60,585 nt of DNA from Thermoplasmatota archaeon (GCA_028279595.1 JANQNK010000016.1:1-60585); one strand, 5' to 3'. Counted from the stretch's first letter, positions 45,139 to 56,740 are shown. Notes: generated by a model from the letters alone, not told the origin. Translations and numbers: made by a program.

Positions 45139-46023
45139 TCACCTCCTCATCTCGATGGCATCGACCGGGCACACGTTGGCGCATATTCCGCAACCCTTGC
45201 AGTAGTCCAGATTGAAGCCGATGACCTCCTCGCCGCGGTCGACCGCGGCATCGGGGCAGTAGAACCAGCACATCTGGCAGTTGATGCACTTCTCGGGATC
45301 GACGTTGGGGACGAACGTCCTCCAGGACCCCGTGTGGTTCTCGACGAAGCTGCCGATACCGACGAGGCCGGCGTCCGTCTGCGTCTTCGGGGTCGACATC
45401 CCGATCGGGAGTTCGTCGATGTCCGGGAGCCACATCTTGGAGGCCTCGTAGGAACGGCCGCCCGTGCAGGTGCCGGTCGTCGTCCTCTCGTACGCGGCCG
45501 CAGCTGCCTTTGCGTTCCTCTCGGCCTTGTCCATGCCGATCCTGGGTCCGAAGATGTCGATGATGCCCTGCTCGACGGATTCGATCTTGAGCAGCCCGGT
45601 CGCCTTCGCGAAGGCTCCTAGGATGGCGCTGTTGGTGATCGGGGACCCGAGGGTCTCCAGTGCGACGGTCGTTGCGTCGACGGTCGCCGTATCCGTGCTC
45701 CTCTCCAGCTGGACCTCGTCCGGTTGGAGTGGAGAGTTCAGGATGGCCATCCCGCCCTCCACAAGTCCGTCCTGGACGTTGACGAGCTCGGGTAGGACCG
45801 GATCGAGCACCACGACGTAGTTCGGGTGGTAGACCCTGGTCTTCTCGTAGATCTTGCCCTCGGCGATCCGGGCGAAGGCAAGGACAGGCGCGCCACGTCT
45901 CTCCGCACCGAAGTGCGGGAAGGCAAGGGCATAGTAACCCTCCCTGAACGCAGCGGCGGCAAGGGATTGGGCCGCCATGACGGCTCCCTGTCCGCCTCTT
46001 CCATGAAATCTGATCTCATACAT
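45139..46023 (-). CDS. porCD: fused 2-oxoacid:ferredoxin oxidoreductase gamma-delta subunit
   Basis: [11 protein letters not shown] and [10 protein letters not shown] (gamma), followed in frame by [17 protein letters not shown]...[12 protein letters not shown] (delta). Confidence 0.9.
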   Translation of the reverse strand: MYEIRFHGRGGQGAVMAAQSLAAAAFREGYYALAFPHFGAERRGAPVLAFARIAEGKIYEKTRVYHPNYVVVLDPVLPELVNVQDGLVEGGMAILNSPLQPDEVQLERSTDTATVDATTVALETLGSPITNSAILGAFAKATGLLKIESVEQGIIDIFGPRIGMDKAERNAKAAAAAYERTTTGTCTGGRSYEASKMWLPDIDELPIGMSTPKTQTDAGLVGIGSFVENHTGSWRTFVPNVDPEKCINCQMCWFYCPDAAVDRGEEVIGFNLDYCKGCGICANVCPVDAIEMRR

Positions 46024-46221
46024 TCTAAAGCCTCCGTGGTGGGCAATCACGCTCCCCGTTTTAAAGGTTGTGCTGGCGGTCGGTCGGGACGACCGCGATC
46101 ACCGGTCCCAATGACCCACTGGCGGGATCGAACGATGCGCCGGACATGCGAGTAGAGGTGGTGGTATCCACGGTAACGTAATATATATGACAAGTTGTAT
46201 TACGGGGTAGGAGTGTAAACG

Positions 46222-47316
46222 ATGGCCCGGTTCCGCAAGAGCTTTTCCGACGATGTCGATGCCGTGACACCCATCATCAGCACCCTCCTTCTCATCACGA
46301 TAATGCTGACGATCATCTCGGCGATCCTGTACTGGAGCATCCCGACGATGAACAGGATCAGCTGGGACACCGAGTACAGGACGACCATGTCGGGGTTCGA
46401 GGCCTTCGACGCCGCCCTGGAGGACACCGTCCAGGGCGGAGTGGCCGGCTCCACGAGGACCATCAGGATCTCGGTTCCCAACGGCGACCTGCTGGCCTAC
46501 GAACGGTCCACTAGATGGTACTACTCATTCTCATACTTCAGCAACACTGACTTCGAGATCTACGGTCTCGACGAGGAACTCGACGGCGAGGACGATGACC
46601 TTACCACCGTGAGGATATTTCCGCGGCAGGACGTCACCTTCGACCTGGAGGTCACCTGGTATGGCGACAACAACGTGAACCAGTCACTTCACGCCGGGTA
46701 CGACTTCGGCGACGAGATCGACATCGTCTATCCACTTCTCCCCAGGAATGCCGTGTTCCTCGGGAACGAGGACGTCAACCTCGTAAGGTTCCGACTGTTG
46801 TTCAACTCGAACAGCACTGCCTTCGGAGAGGCCTACCTGATCCCCATGGACCGGATCGAGGTCAAGATACCCTCCGAGTTCGGGACGGCTCACATCGTAT
46901 CCGAGAACGCCGGGATCGTGACCAAGTTCCCGTCGAGGACCGTCGTGAACCCCCCCCTCCTGACATATGACGAGGACTCGGACGACCTATACTTCAACAT
47001 AGTCAAGCTCAACTCGACCTTCGGTTCGGTCGGCAGGGGTAACTGGCAGATCAGCATGCGTCTCCAGACCTTCAACTACACGAGGACCGACGACGTGTTC
47101 CACGTCAGGATCAGGATGATCGGGGAGTACGAGGAGGCATGGGTCATCTACATGCTCGGCGAGTACACGGGCATGGAGAACACCGACGGCCACTCCCTCA
47201 GCGACGTGGCCAACGAGGAGCTCGAAGGCATCAAACTGATAAGGGAGCCCGGCAACGGCAGGGTCACGCTGAAGATGCTCATGACCACCGTGCTCATGGA
47301 CCTAGAGAGTGTATGA
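46222..47316 (+). CDS. protein with class III (pilin/archaellin-like) signal peptide
   Basis: DA/VTPIISTLLLITIMLTII N-terminus followed by a beta-rich domain. Confidence 0.7.
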   Translation: MARFRKSFSDDVDAVTPIISTLLLITIMLTIISAILYWSIPTMNRISWDTEYRTTMSGFEAFDAALEDTVQGGVAGSTRTIRISVPNGDLLAYERSTRWYYSFSYFSNTDFEIYGLDEELDGEDDDLTTVRIFPRQDVTFDLEVTWYGDNNVNQSLHAGYDFGDEIDIVYPLLPRNAVFLGNEDVNLVRFRLLFNSNSTAFGEAYLIPMDRIEVKIPSEFGTAHIVSENAGIVTKFPSRTVVNPPLLTYDEDSDDLYFNIVKLNSTFGSVGRGNWQISMRLQTFNYTRTDDVFHVRIRMIGEYEEAWVIYMLGEYTGMENTDGHSLSDVANEELEGIKLIREPGNGRVTLKMLMTTVLMDLESV

Positions 47317-47317
47317 T

Positions 47318-47764
47318 ATGATGATGCGTGACGAGGGCGTTGCGGAGATAGGTTACGTCTACACCTTCATAATCAGCTCCATACTTCTTACCGCGATCAC
47401 CATGATGTCCACCGATATGGTCAACGACTCCGGACGCGCCTCGCTCCGGATCATGCTCAGCGACGTCGCTGAGCACCTCGAGGAGGAGCTCGGATCGGTG
47501 GTGACAATGGCGATAAGGTCCCCGAACTCGACGTTCCAGAAGGTGGTCCAGCTCCAGCCGATCGCCTTCACTTTCGGATACAGGATTAGTGCCACCGATC
47601 ACAGGATCTACGTCAATGCGACCTACGAGCGGATCAGGATCCACAGGCCGATAATGAATCCGACGAACATCGAGATCACGGGCAGTGTCTCCAGCAGCGC
47701 CGAGGAGCTCATAATCACCTATATGAACGTGAACGGGACCCAGCGGATCACACTCGGCTTTTGA
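47318..47764 (+). CDS. small pilin-like protein
   Basis: RDEG/VAEIGYVYTFIISSILL N-terminus. Starts 1 nt after the preceding stop. Confidence 0.65.
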   Translation: MMMRDEGVAEIGYVYTFIISSILLTAITMMSTDMVNDSGRASLRIMLSDVAEHLEEELGSVVTMAIRSPNSTFQKVVQLQPIAFTFGYRISATDHRIYVNATYERIRIHRPIMNPTNIEITGSVSSSAEELIITYMNVNGTQRITLGF

Positions 47765-47914
47765 CGTCAGAGTCCCCTCCGGGATCGAGAATGTCCTTCA
47801 CCTTTCCCTGTCCCATCAGACACGTCCGTCACTTGACAAAGGAACCTTCCCTGTCTGGCCACCAAATACCTTTATAAATCGTCTGACCCATGTTCCGGGG
47901 TCGAGGAAGTGGCG

Positions 47915-49117
47915 ATGAACCGCGATGTCATAGGTGCAGTTCTGGTCGGGGCTTCGGTGGTGCTTCTCTATCTCGTCTACCCTTCCGTACTTGCTGACGT
48001 TTCCGAACGGGACAGGTCCCTTTCTGCCTACTCGGACGATTGGAACGACATATCCGAGTTCAGGAAGGCCCTCGAGAACGAGGGGTACACCACGCATGGT
48101 ATCGTGGCGACTCCCGGGATCCTGAGGGAGGTCAGGGAGCCGGAAAGGACCCTCCTCGTCATCGTCGGCGTCGAGACGCCATACTCCTACGACGACATCG
48201 GTTCCATCGTCGACTTCGTCGAGAAGGGCGGGTCCCTGATCCTCGCCGACGACTACGGCTACGGCGACGACCTTGCCAACGAGTTCGGTATAACATTCCA
48301 CAGGTACAGGATGTGGGACCCCAGTTACGTCACCAACACATCGATCCTCAACATCGAGCTTACGCTTCCCGACATCAACGGCACATCCAGGGATTACGAG
48401 GTGCTCTTCAACGACCCGACCGCCATCGAGTCGAACCAGCAGGGGACCACGCTGGGATTCACGTCCAACGAGAGCTTCCTCGACGTGAACGGCAACGGCG
48501 CCATCGACGTCCAGGACCAGCCCGGACCCTTCGAGGTCGTCACCCTCAAGGGCAGGATGGTCTTCATCGGCGATCCCTCCATATTCATCAATGAGATGTG
48601 GGACCTGAGCGACAACAGCGAGTTCCTGCTCGGGCTCGTCGACTTCCTGCTCCCCAACGGCGGCATCGTGCTCTTCGACGAGAGCGTGCACGCGGCCGTC
48701 GACTTCTCCGAGGGCTTCTACAGGACCATCACCTCGACCTTCGTCTTCGTCTTCGGGGACCTGACGAAGGGGCTGTTCGTCACGGCCATGATCGGATTGA
48801 TGATGATCGTCATGTCCCAGGTGGTGACCGACCCGAAGCTCTGGTACCACCGTCTCGCCATCAGCGAGATCGTCGTCGGGAACCTTCAGTTCCTCGAGAC
48901 GAACTTCAAGGGGAAGAGAAAGGAGCTGTCGGACAGGCTCAGGACCGACGCTCTGGACCTGATCTGCGTGAGGTCGGGAATGACTGCTAACGAGTTCGCA
49001 AGCCTTTCCGACAAGAGGCTGAGGACTCTGTTGAACGACGAGAAACTGTACCGTTTCATCAAAGGAAATGATATGGACCCGAACGAGGTTTTCGATAGGT
49101 TGGATAGGTGGTTGTGA
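47915..49117 (+). CDS. DUF4350-like membrane-anchored protein
   Basis: SAY..DWN..S.F, FVEKGGSLILADD.G, IGDPSIFINEM, and FDESVH. This is the typical MoxR neighbour. Confidence 0.75.
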   Translation: MNRDVIGAVLVGASVVLLYLVYPSVLADVSERDRSLSAYSDDWNDISEFRKALENEGYTTHGIVATPGILREVREPERTLLVIVGVETPYSYDDIGSIVDFVEKGGSLILADDYGYGDDLANEFGITFHRYRMWDPSYVTNTSILNIELTLPDINGTSRDYEVLFNDPTAIESNQQGTTLGFTSNESFLDVNGNGAIDVQDQPGPFEVVTLKGRMVFIGDPSIFINEMWDLSDNSEFLLGLVDFLLPNGGIVLFDESVHAAVDFSEGFYRTITSTFVFVFGDLTKGLFVTAMIGLMMIVMSQVVTDPKLWYHRLAISEIVVGNLQFLETNFKGKRKELSDRLRTDALDLICVRSGMTANEFASLSDKRLRTLLNDEKLYRFIKGNDMDPNEVFDRLDRWL

Positions 49118-50556
49118 TGGCTGAAGAAGAGGAATACGAGGAGATCCCGGAACAGATCACGGAGCTCAACGCTCTCATGAAGAAACTCGACAATCTCTCC
49201 GGCGAGGACGAGGAAGGCGAGAAGGATACGATCACCGCCGAGAGGATCGAACAGGAGGCTCCTCCCGGGGAACCGGCCTATGGTGATGAGCCCTTCGCGG
49301 AGGTCCCCTCGGAGGAATTCACTGACGATGACGGCATCTACGTACCATCGGGCGACACCAAACCGATATGGGAGCACGTCGCCGAGGAGGAGGAGCCAGA
49401 CGGCATCCCGCCTCCACCTCCCCCGAGGACCGGGGTCAGACGTAGACCGGTCGCCAAGGGAGGTCAGCCTCCCCGAAAGGTCAAGAAAAGGAAGAAACCG
49501 TCTGTCGCCATGCCGGCCTCGAGGCCGCCTGGCGGCTCGGCCAAGCCGGCTGCGCCCAGGCTGCCCAAGGACGAGGCCCGGGATCTCACACCGGAGCAGA
49601 TCGGCCGGTACGTCGAGATGGTCGAGAAGATCTCGGGGCACATCCTCGAGGAGGTCGGAAAGACGGTCCTCGGCAAGGAGTACGTCCTGAAGATGGTCAT
49701 GACCGGCATCCTCTCCGACGGGCACATCCTGTTCGAGGACAACCCCGGACTTGCGAAGACCCTGCTGGCCAACACCTACGCCAAGGCGCTGGGATGCAAG
49801 TTCAGGAGGTCCCAGTTCACACCGGACCTTCTACCTTCCGATATAACCGGTACGTTCATCTTCGACGAGAAGGAGGCCGACTTCAGGTTCCGCAAGGGAC
49901 CGATCTTCACGAACATCCTGCTCGCGGACGAGATCAACCGCTCGCCGCCGAAGACCCAGGCCGCCCTCCTGGAGGCCATGCAGGAGAAGCAGGTGACCCT
50001 GGAGGGCGAGACCATGAAGATGGCGAGGCCGTTCATCGTCATGGCGACCCAGAACCCGATCGAGTACGAGGGTACCTACTCGCTGCCCGAGGCCCAGCTC
50101 GACAGGTTCCTCATCCGGATGCCCGTGGGATATCCCAGCGAGGACATCGAGAGGCGCATCCTCAAGGACCGGATGGAGCGGCGTCAGGACGACACCGAGG
50201 TAAGGAGGATCGCCAGCCCGGAGACCATCATGCGGATGCAGAGGGTCGTGGAGCGCGTCTACGTCAGCGATGCAGTCATCGAGTACATCGTCTCCCTGGT
50301 CAGGTCCACCCGCGACGACCCGAGGGTCATGGTGGGTTCGAGCCCGCGCGGTTCGCTCGCGATCTTCAAGCTCACCCGGTCCCTCGCTGCGATCGAGGGC
50401 AGGGACTACGTGATCCCGGACGACGTCAAGGAGGTCGCGATCCACGCCCTCAACCACAGGCTCATCCTGAACCCGGAGCCGAGGATCATGGGCGTGAAAC
50501 CGGAGGATGTCATCCAGGACATCATCGCAGAGATCCCGGTGCCCGTGGTGGAATAG
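49117..50556 (+). CDS. moxR: MoxR-family AAA+ ATPase with long acidic/Pro-rich N-extension
   Basis: [40 protein letters not shown], and QLDRF. Confidence 0.93.
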   Translation: MAEEEEYEEIPEQITELNALMKKLDNLSGEDEEGEKDTITAERIEQEAPPGEPAYGDEPFAEVPSEEFTDDDGIYVPSGDTKPIWEHVAEEEEPDGIPPPPPPRTGVRRRPVAKGGQPPRKVKKRKKPSVAMPASRPPGGSAKPAAPRLPKDEARDLTPEQIGRYVEMVEKISGHILEEVGKTVLGKEYVLKMVMTGILSDGHILFEDNPGLAKTLLANTYAKALGCKFRRSQFTPDLLPSDITGTFIFDEKEADFRFRKGPIFTNILLADEINRSPPKTQAALLEAMQEKQVTLEGETMKMARPFIVMATQNPIEYEGTYSLPEAQLDRFLIRMPVGYPSEDIERRILKDRMERRQDDTEVRRIASPETIMRMQRVVERVYVSDAVIEYIVSLVRSTRDDPRVMVGSSPRGSLAIFKLTRSLAAIEGRDYVIPDDVKEVAIHALNHRLILNPEPRIMGVKPEDVIQDIIAEIPVPVVE

Positions 50557-50557
50557 G

Positions 50558-51808
50558 ATGTGGACGTTCAAGAGCGCGCTGTTGGCCGACGCCGGCGTGA
50601 TCCTGCTCCTGCTGGGTCTCGTCTACCATAACTACCAGGCCATAGTCTTCGCGCTCACCATACTGTCATTCGTCATAATCGTCGGATACCGGACCGTCAA
50701 CATCAAGATGGACGCGGTGAGGACGGTCTCGGTGGAGAAGTCGTTCGAGGGTTCGACAGTCGAGGTCAAGTTGAGATTGAAGAACCTCGGCCGCAAGATC
50801 GAGTTCCTCGAGGTCCTCGACGGCGTGCCGTCGACCATGGAGATGATCGCCGGAAGCAACTATCTCCTGATGACGTTGAACAAGGGCGAGCAGTTCGTAA
50901 TGACTTACAAGTTCAAGTGCCATCTCCGCGGCCATTACACCATAGGCCCCGTCAAGCTGAGGAGCAGGCCGCTCTTCGGCATGTTCTATTCCGAGACGGC
51001 CATAGACATACTTTCCCCGATCACCGTTCTCCCGAGGATCGACGACCTCTCCGGTATCACAATAAAGTCGAAGTATCCTAAGATCTTCCCCGGGGCCCTC
51101 GCGACCAGGCAGGTCGGGTCCGGCACCGAGTTCTATTCGATCCGCGAGTACGTCCGTGGGGACGAACTGAGGAAGATCAACTGGAAGGCCTACGCCCGGA
51201 CCGGAAAGAAGATGGTCAACGAGTACGACCGCGAGAACGTCTCGGACATCATGATCCTTCTCGACAGCAGGGAGTCCGAAGGCGTCGGAACCGTGCTCGA
51301 GAATCCCTTGACGCACGGGGCCAGGGCAGCTGCGACCCTCGCGAACTATTACCTGAACCGCAGGGACAGCGTGGGAATGGCCATCTATTCCGACACGCTC
51401 CGCATCGTGCCGATCGACGCGGGAGGCGGCCGGCTCTACCGGCTCCTCGACGAGATCGCCGCCGCCGAACCGACGGGGAACGCCCCGTTGAACGGCGTCG
51501 TCGACCTGCTGATACCCTACATAAGTCCCAACGCCACTGTCATCGTCATCTCCACCCTCAACAACGACCTCACCGTCCGGGAGGCCCTCAGGAAGATGGC
51601 GTCGCATCACTTCGACCTAATCCTGCTCTCGCCGTCCCAGGTCGAGTTCGAGCTCCTGAGCATGGGTATCGAGGAGGACGAGCTCTACCGCACACTGCGG
51701 CTGGAGCGCAGCGTCCTGCTCAGCGAGGTAAGGAGCTACGGAGCCCGCGTTGTCGACTGGACCCCTGATACGCCGATCAGGCGAGCCCTCACGGGGTTGA
51801 TGTCATGA
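50558..51808 (+). CDS. DUF58 (vWA-like) protein
   Basis: [30 protein letters not shown], and ILLDS. Confidence 0.9.
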   Translation: MWTFKSALLADAGVILLLLGLVYHNYQAIVFALTILSFVIIVGYRTVNIKMDAVRTVSVEKSFEGSTVEVKLRLKNLGRKIEFLEVLDGVPSTMEMIAGSNYLLMTLNKGEQFVMTYKFKCHLRGHYTIGPVKLRSRPLFGMFYSETAIDILSPITVLPRIDDLSGITIKSKYPKIFPGALATRQVGSGTEFYSIREYVRGDELRKINWKAYARTGKKMVNEYDRENVSDIMILLDSRESEGVGTVLENPLTHGARAAATLANYYLNRRDSVGMAIYSDTLRIVPIDAGGGRLYRLLDEIAAAEPTGNAPLNGVVDLLIPYISPNATVIVISTLNNDLTVREALRKMASHHFDLILLSPSQVEFELLSMGIEEDELYRTLRLERSVLLSEVRSYGARVVDWTPDTPIRRALTGLMS

Positions 51809-52626
51809 GGATCAAGGAGTGGTACCTCGAGGAGCGGAAGCACGTCTCCACCAGGATCGGCGATGACTTCCGGGGGGTCACCGCACTCCAGATCATCTCC
51901 ACCGTGGCCCTCGCCGCGGCCGTCTTCGTCGGATCGACCATCAACATCACCGCCTACTACGACGGGTTCGGTCCCGACGGCGTCACCTTCTTCCTGATAG
52001 CGTCGGCGATGGCGGTCTTCATGGGCTTCATCGCATTCCTGCTCGTCCGCCTGCACCGGGGTCTGATCGCCCTCGTGCCGGTGATGGTGATCGTCATGCT
52101 CTACATGGCCGAGGACCAGAAGGCCCTGTTCGGCATCTACCTGGCAGTGACTGTCCTTCCGGGTGTCACCGGCGCATATGGGATATGGCGGCGGGCCGTG
52201 ATCCCAGTGTACATCGCCTTCGCCCAGCTCATGGCGAGCGTCTTCATCTACTCAAATCCCATCGACACGCCGATCATCGAGGTCATGGCGTTCTCAGTCC
52301 TGTCACTGATCTACCTCGAGACCGGCCATATCGCGATAACGTTCAGCAGGGTAAAGGCCCGCGTGCTCGAGAACCAGAAGAAGTCCGCGGTCTTCACGAG
52401 GTTGTACAAACGCGTCATCCGGCGGTACGCCGTATCAGCCTCCGAGGTCCTGGTCCTGACAGGGTTCTTGACCGTCCTCCTTCTGAGGATGAACGATATC
52501 CTGAGGAACTTCGCATCCGGCGTCGTCGTCCACAGCTTCGAGATGCACTCGTTCACGGGAGCCTTCATCTCCGCGACGATAGGTCTGATGGCGCTCGCGC
52601 TGATACGGACTGCACTGCCCAGATGA
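51805..52626 (+). CDS. multi-pass membrane protein
   Basis: About 8 TM segments. ATGA overlap with the DUF58 gene. Confidence 0.75.
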   Translation: MRIKEWYLEERKHVSTRIGDDFRGVTALQIISTVALAAAVFVGSTINITAYYDGFGPDGVTFFLIASAMAVFMGFIAFLLVRLHRGLIALVPVMVIVMLYMAEDQKALFGIYLAVTVLPGVTGAYGIWRRAVIPVYIAFAQLMASVFIYSNPIDTPIIEVMAFSVLSLIYLETGHIAITFSRVKARVLENQKKSAVFTRLYKRVIRRYAVSASEVLVLTGFLTVLLLRMNDILRNFASGVVVHSFEMHSFTGAFISATIGLMALALIRTALPR

Positions 52627-52818
52627 GGATCGATACGCTTTCCGAGCGGACTTACGTACATACTGTTTTCAATAACGTATAGAGAACGCGCTCGTCCGCG
52701 GACGCGGTCCAGCGGACAACGCGTCTCGACCGTGCTGTCTGTGATATCGGGAAGAAGGTGGGTGCTTCCCGCTAACCTTATACCGAACCGGGGAGGTACG
52801 GCTTCCGGTGAGCGATAC

Positions 52819-54378
52819 TTGATAGAGGTCAAGAGGAGGGACGGAATGGGCCGTATCTGCAGCACCGACGCAGGTACAACGCCCGCCATCACCGTCCACG
52901 ACGATGGCTCCGACACCATCGCCCGGGTCCTCGAGCATATGAAAGGCTCGGTGTTCAGGCTTGACCCTGAGACCATCGACCTTCCGGCCGGTCCGTCGAA
53001 CGGTCCGACCCATATCGAGGTATCCGAGGGCATCCACGCCGTGGCCTTACTTCCCAGACCCGAGAGGGATCCTGCCGGATTCGTCTCCTCGATCGTCGAT
53101 GCCAGGACTGCCGTCGGACCTGACGCCCTTCTCTATGCTCCTCATTCAGCCACCCCTCACCTCGTACCGCTCATGGTGTACATGGGCGTCGACCTCGTCG
53201 ACCCCTACGAGGTCGTCCGGGCCTCGATCAGGGGCTGGCGATACACTCCGTATTCGTTCGTACGTTCGGAGGAGGACCCGTTCCCCGGGAACATCGCCCT
53301 TCTTGAGGATATCATCGAGGAGACCGCCGAGGCAGTACGCGGCGACTACCTGAGGGAGCTCGTCGAGGCTACCTCGTCGCTCTCGAACGTCGGCGTATCG
53401 ATACTGAGATGTCTCGACAACGATCATCCTGGGACCTTCGAGCCACGTGCGCCCGTCCACAGGCGGGCGGGCATGCTCGCTAGGGATTCGTCCCTCCTCC
53501 GTCCCGAGGTCGTCAGGTTCAGGAAGAGGGTCCTGGAACGGTTCGAGCCGCTTCCGTACCGCTATCTCCTACTCCTTCCCTGCTCCGCTTCCAAACCGTA
53601 TTCAAGGTCCAAGAGCCACCGCCGGTTCATCGAGACGCTCCAGTCGAGCGGGCGTGGCCGCTCCTTCCAGGAGTTGATACTGACATCACCGCTCGGCGTC
53701 GTCCCCCGCGAGCTAGAGCGTTTCTATCCCGCCTCCGGCTACGACATCCCCGTAACCGGATACTGGTCGGCCGACGAGCGTGGTATGATGACAGACATGC
53801 TACGGCGTTTCATCGCAGACAGACGGTACGATGCCGTGATCTCCCACCTTCCGGACGACCTCTCCTTCGTCTCTGACGTCATTCCTGACGCCGTATGGAC
53901 GGTGGATGGAGGTCCCGCGTCTGCTGCATCCCTGGGTTCGCTCGGATCCGCCCTCTCGGACCTCGATCCCGCACCTGTCAGGGACATCAGGAGAGCGACG
54001 ACGAGGTCGATGATCGGGTTCCAGTTCGGCTCGTCGGATTGGGCCGGCGAGTTCGAGGTGAAGGGCCGCGAGGTCGTCTCGGGTGACACCATACTGAGGT
54101 GGTCGTACAGGTACGTCCTGACCCTCGAGGGCGGACGCCTCCTGGCCGAGGCCGGCATTCATACGGTCGGTATCGACGATTTCCTGCCGAAGGGAAGCGT
54201 GCTCGCCCCTGGCGTTCTCGACTGCCATCCGGACGTACGGCCCGGCGACGAGGTCGTGGCCGTTCACGACGGCGAGGTCAGGGCTGTCGGTACGGCGGCG
54301 ATGTGCGCCGAGGACATGATCGCGTCGAACCGAGGTGTGGCCGTGAAGGTCAGGGACCACATCAGAGGGTCTGAATGA
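52819..54378 (+). CDS. arcS: archaeosine synthase ArcS (TgtA2) with PUA domain
   Basis: RRDGMGR, YMGVDLVD, LLPCSASKPYSRSKSH, TSPLGVVPRELE..YP...YD.PVTG.W, and a C-terminal PUA domain. TTG start after GGTGA. Confidence 0.9.
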   Translation: MIEVKRRDGMGRICSTDAGTTPAITVHDDGSDTIARVLEHMKGSVFRLDPETIDLPAGPSNGPTHIEVSEGIHAVALLPRPERDPAGFVSSIVDARTAVGPDALLYAPHSATPHLVPLMVYMGVDLVDPYEVVRASIRGWRYTPYSFVRSEEDPFPGNIALLEDIIEETAEAVRGDYLRELVEATSSLSNVGVSILRCLDNDHPGTFEPRAPVHRRAGMLARDSSLLRPEVVRFRKRVLERFEPLPYRYLLLLPCSASKPYSRSKSHRRFIETLQSSGRGRSFQELILTSPLGVVPRELERFYPASGYDIPVTGYWSADERGMMTDMLRRFIADRRYDAVISHLPDDLSFVSDVIPDAVWTVDGGPASAASLGSLGSALSDLDPAPVRDIRRATTRSMIGFQFGSSDWAGEFEVKGREVVSGDTILRWSYRYVLTLEGGRLLAEAGIHTVGIDDFLPKGSVLAPGVLDCHPDVRPGDEVVAVHDGEVRAVGTAAMCAEDMIASNRGVAVKVRDHIRGSE

Positions 54379-55202
54379 AGAGCCCCTTCGAGGAGATCGT
54401 GGACGAGCTCGCTGGGTCAGGCATCCCGGTTGCCGTCATTGAACGGCTCCCCCGACGATGGGAGAAGCTCGGGGATGTCCTTCTGATGAAGATCGATGAT
54501 GCTCTCATCCCGCATGCGGACGATGTGCTGCCCGTATACGCCCGCATCCTCAGGGTCAAGGCGGTCCTCAGGGACCTCGGGATCGAGGGGCGGTTCAGGG
54601 AGCCCAGGGTCGACCTCCTTTATGGCGATTCCACCGAGACCTTGCATCGGGAGAACGGCGTGCTGTTCCACATGGACCCCGCGCTCGTCATGTTCTCCAG
54701 CGGGAACATCGATGAGAGGAAGAGGATGGCAGGGGCCGGCTCGCCGGAGGAGACCGTGGTCGACATGTTCGCCGGGATAGGATACTTCATCATGCCCATG
54801 GCAGTGCACTCCAACGTCCGGGGGATAGCGTTCGAGCTCAATCCAGCGTCCTACGCCTTCCTCGAGCGGAATGTCGAGGCCAACGGCGTGGCCGGGAATA
54901 TCGAACCGGTCCTCGGCGACTGCATGGACGCTCCGGAGGGCATCGCGGACCGAGTCATCATGGGCTACTTCGATGACACCGATAAGTTCCTGGAGAAGGC
55001 GATGAGGATCGTATCGCCCGATGGTGGAATGATCCATGCCCACTCCGTCTGTCCGGAGGAGCTCCTGTCCTCCAGGCCGGAAAGGGAGGCGGTCGTTGCT
55101 GCCGCGTCCACGGGCCGGTCCATATCATCCATCGAGATACACAGGGTGAAGTCATACGCACCCGGCGTGGAACACATCGTACTCGATATCGTAGTAGAAT
55201 GA
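54375..55202 (+). CDS. Trm5/Taw2-family tRNA modification enzyme
   Basis: HRENGV.F..D...VMFSSGNIDER, VDMFAGIGYF, ELNP, DRVIMGY, and VKSYAPG. Confidence 0.88.
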   Translation: MKSPFEEIVDELAGSGIPVAVIERLPRRWEKLGDVLLMKIDDALIPHADDVLPVYARILRVKAVLRDLGIEGRFREPRVDLLYGDSTETLHRENGVLFHMDPALVMFSSGNIDERKRMAGAGSPEETVVDMFAGIGYFIMPMAVHSNVRGIAFELNPASYAFLERNVEANGVAGNIEPVLGDCMDAPEGIADRVIMGYFDDTDKFLEKAMRIVSPDGGMIHAHSVCPEELLSSRPEREAVVAAASTGRSISSIEIHRVKSYAPGVEHIVLDIVVE

Positions 55203-55250
55203 TCACTTCCCGCTATCGGGACGTTTTTGATGGGGCTCGGGCGGACCTCA

Positions 55251-55676
55251 TCAGGCCTTCTCGACCGATACCCTCTTCAGTTCGAGGTCCTTCGGACAGA
55301 CGAGCTGGTCGCCGACGGTCAGGACCCTGTATTTCCCCGGGACGAAGAAGCGGGGGCGGCAGATCGGATGGTTGTCACAGTCGATCCTCTCGCACGCATT
55401 CTCCTCCCTGGTGACGATGGTGTCCGCCTCGGCGTTCCGGACGTCGACGCTCAGGTCGAACGGTATCCGTTCCACCTCGACCACGACGACGTCGTCGTGG
55501 AGCTTGCACTTGTGCTCGACGTCCCTGATGGCGGTGACCCTGTACATCTGTCCCTCGTCGAGGTTCATGCAGGCGTTCTTGATCTTGCAGTTCTTGCAGT
55601 CGGGCGTGGGCCCGGAATAGACGAACTCGTACCCTTCGGTCGCGTTCAGCCTGCCTATCAGAGTAACCAGTGTCAT
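55251..55676 (-). CDS. UPF0179-family protein
   Basis: VTLIG.L.A.EG.EF.Y.G...C..C....AC.NL..G..Y.V...R...H.C..H. Confidence 0.85.
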   Translation of the reverse strand: MTLVTLIGRLNATEGYEFVYSGPTPDCKNCKIKNACMNLDEGQMYRVTAIRDVEHKCKLHDDVVVVEVERIPFDLSVDVRNAEADTIVTREENACERIDCDNHPICRPRFFVPGKYRVLTVGDQLVCPKDLELKRVSVEKA

Positions 55677-55738
55677 GGGTTCACCGGGAAGCCAATAGAA
55701 CGGCCCTGTATATAAGACTACGACTCCGGGACGGTCGG

Positions 55739-56740
55739 TCAGACGACCTCTGCGACCTCCCTCAGGATCGCATCATGCCTCCTGTCCATGGAGAAGTTGT
55801 CGAGGACGTGCTGCCTGGCCTTCGGGCCCTTGTCTGAACCCAATGCCCTCTCGATGGCCTTCGCGGTCGCCTTCGGGTCCTCGGCCGGGACGTAGAAGCC
55901 GGTGTCCCCGACCACCTCTGGCAGGGCTCCGTTCCTGGTGACGACGGGGACGCAGTTGCACAGCATCGCCTCGGCCACCGATACCCCGAAGCCCTCGTAG
56001 ATCGAGGGTTGGACGTAGACCTGCGAGGTCTCGAAGTGGTGGTGCAGCTCCTCCTCCGAGATGAATCCCGTTAGCGTGACATTGTCCGTCGCGATCTCCC
56101 TGAGCGGAACGTCCGCTCCGCGTGAGGCCTTCCCTACAAGGTAGAACGGAACGTCCGGGAGATGGGCGGCGGCCCTGACGAAGGTCTCGTTGCCCTTCCG
56201 CCAGTTGGACACCGGTGAGACGTCGCCGACCGTGAGGACCTTCCTCTCCTTCTCCCCTGGCTTGAAGTTGTCGGTCACGACCCCGTTGTAGACGACGACC
56301 TCCTTCCTGGGTTTGGCAAAACGGTTCAGGTCCCTGTGGATCCCCTTGGACACGGAGAGGACGAGGTCGGCGTTCTCGAAGGCGTACTTGGCATACCTCC
56401 TCCGGAACCACCTCTGCTGGAGCCCGTACTTCGTCCCGGGAATGTATGCGGCTCCGTAACCGCCCGCGACGACGATGCTCCTCTTCCCCTGCTGACGGGC
56501 GTACCTCGTGGCGTAGGCCGCCGGCATGTCCCCGAACCACGAGAAGACCGCGTCCACATCCTGCATCGCCGCCTTCAGGGCCTTCCTCCTGCTCAGGATC
56601 CAGGGCACTGATAGCTTGTCCGTCTCCGGCTTGCGGAGCGGGAAGTGGAAGTCCACGACCTCGTATCCGTCCTCCAGGATCTCCCTGTCGAACCTGACGA
56701 ACGAGGAGTTCCTCATGAAGACGAAAAGGACCTTCTTCAT
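55739..56740 (-). CDS. GT4 glycosyltransferase
   Basis: VYNGV, RKG, and PSIYEGFGVSVAEAMLC...GALPEVVGD. Confidence 0.92.
   Translation of the reverse strand: MKKVLFVFMRNSSFVRFDREILEDGYEVVDFHFPLRKPETDKLSVPWILSRRKALKAAMQDVDAVFSWFGDMPAAYATRYARQQGKRSIVVAGGYGAAYIPGTKYGLQQRWFRRRYAKYAFENADLVLSVSKGIHRDLNRFAKPRKEVVVYNGVVTDNFKPGEKERKVLTVGDVSPVSNWRKGNETFVRAAAHLPDVPFYLVGKASRGADVPLREIATDNVTLTGFISEEELHHHFETSQVYVQPSIYEGFGVSVAEAMLCNCVPVVTRNGALPEVVGDTGFYVPAEDPKATAKAIERALGSDKGPKARQHVLDNFSMDRRHDAILREVAEVV

Noticed and set aside
55251-55676. Cys-rich ORFs (this one and 1462..1671) as the missing RING E3
   Set aside because: The Cys/His spacing does not fit RING. This ORF matches UPF0179, and both are far from the operon.
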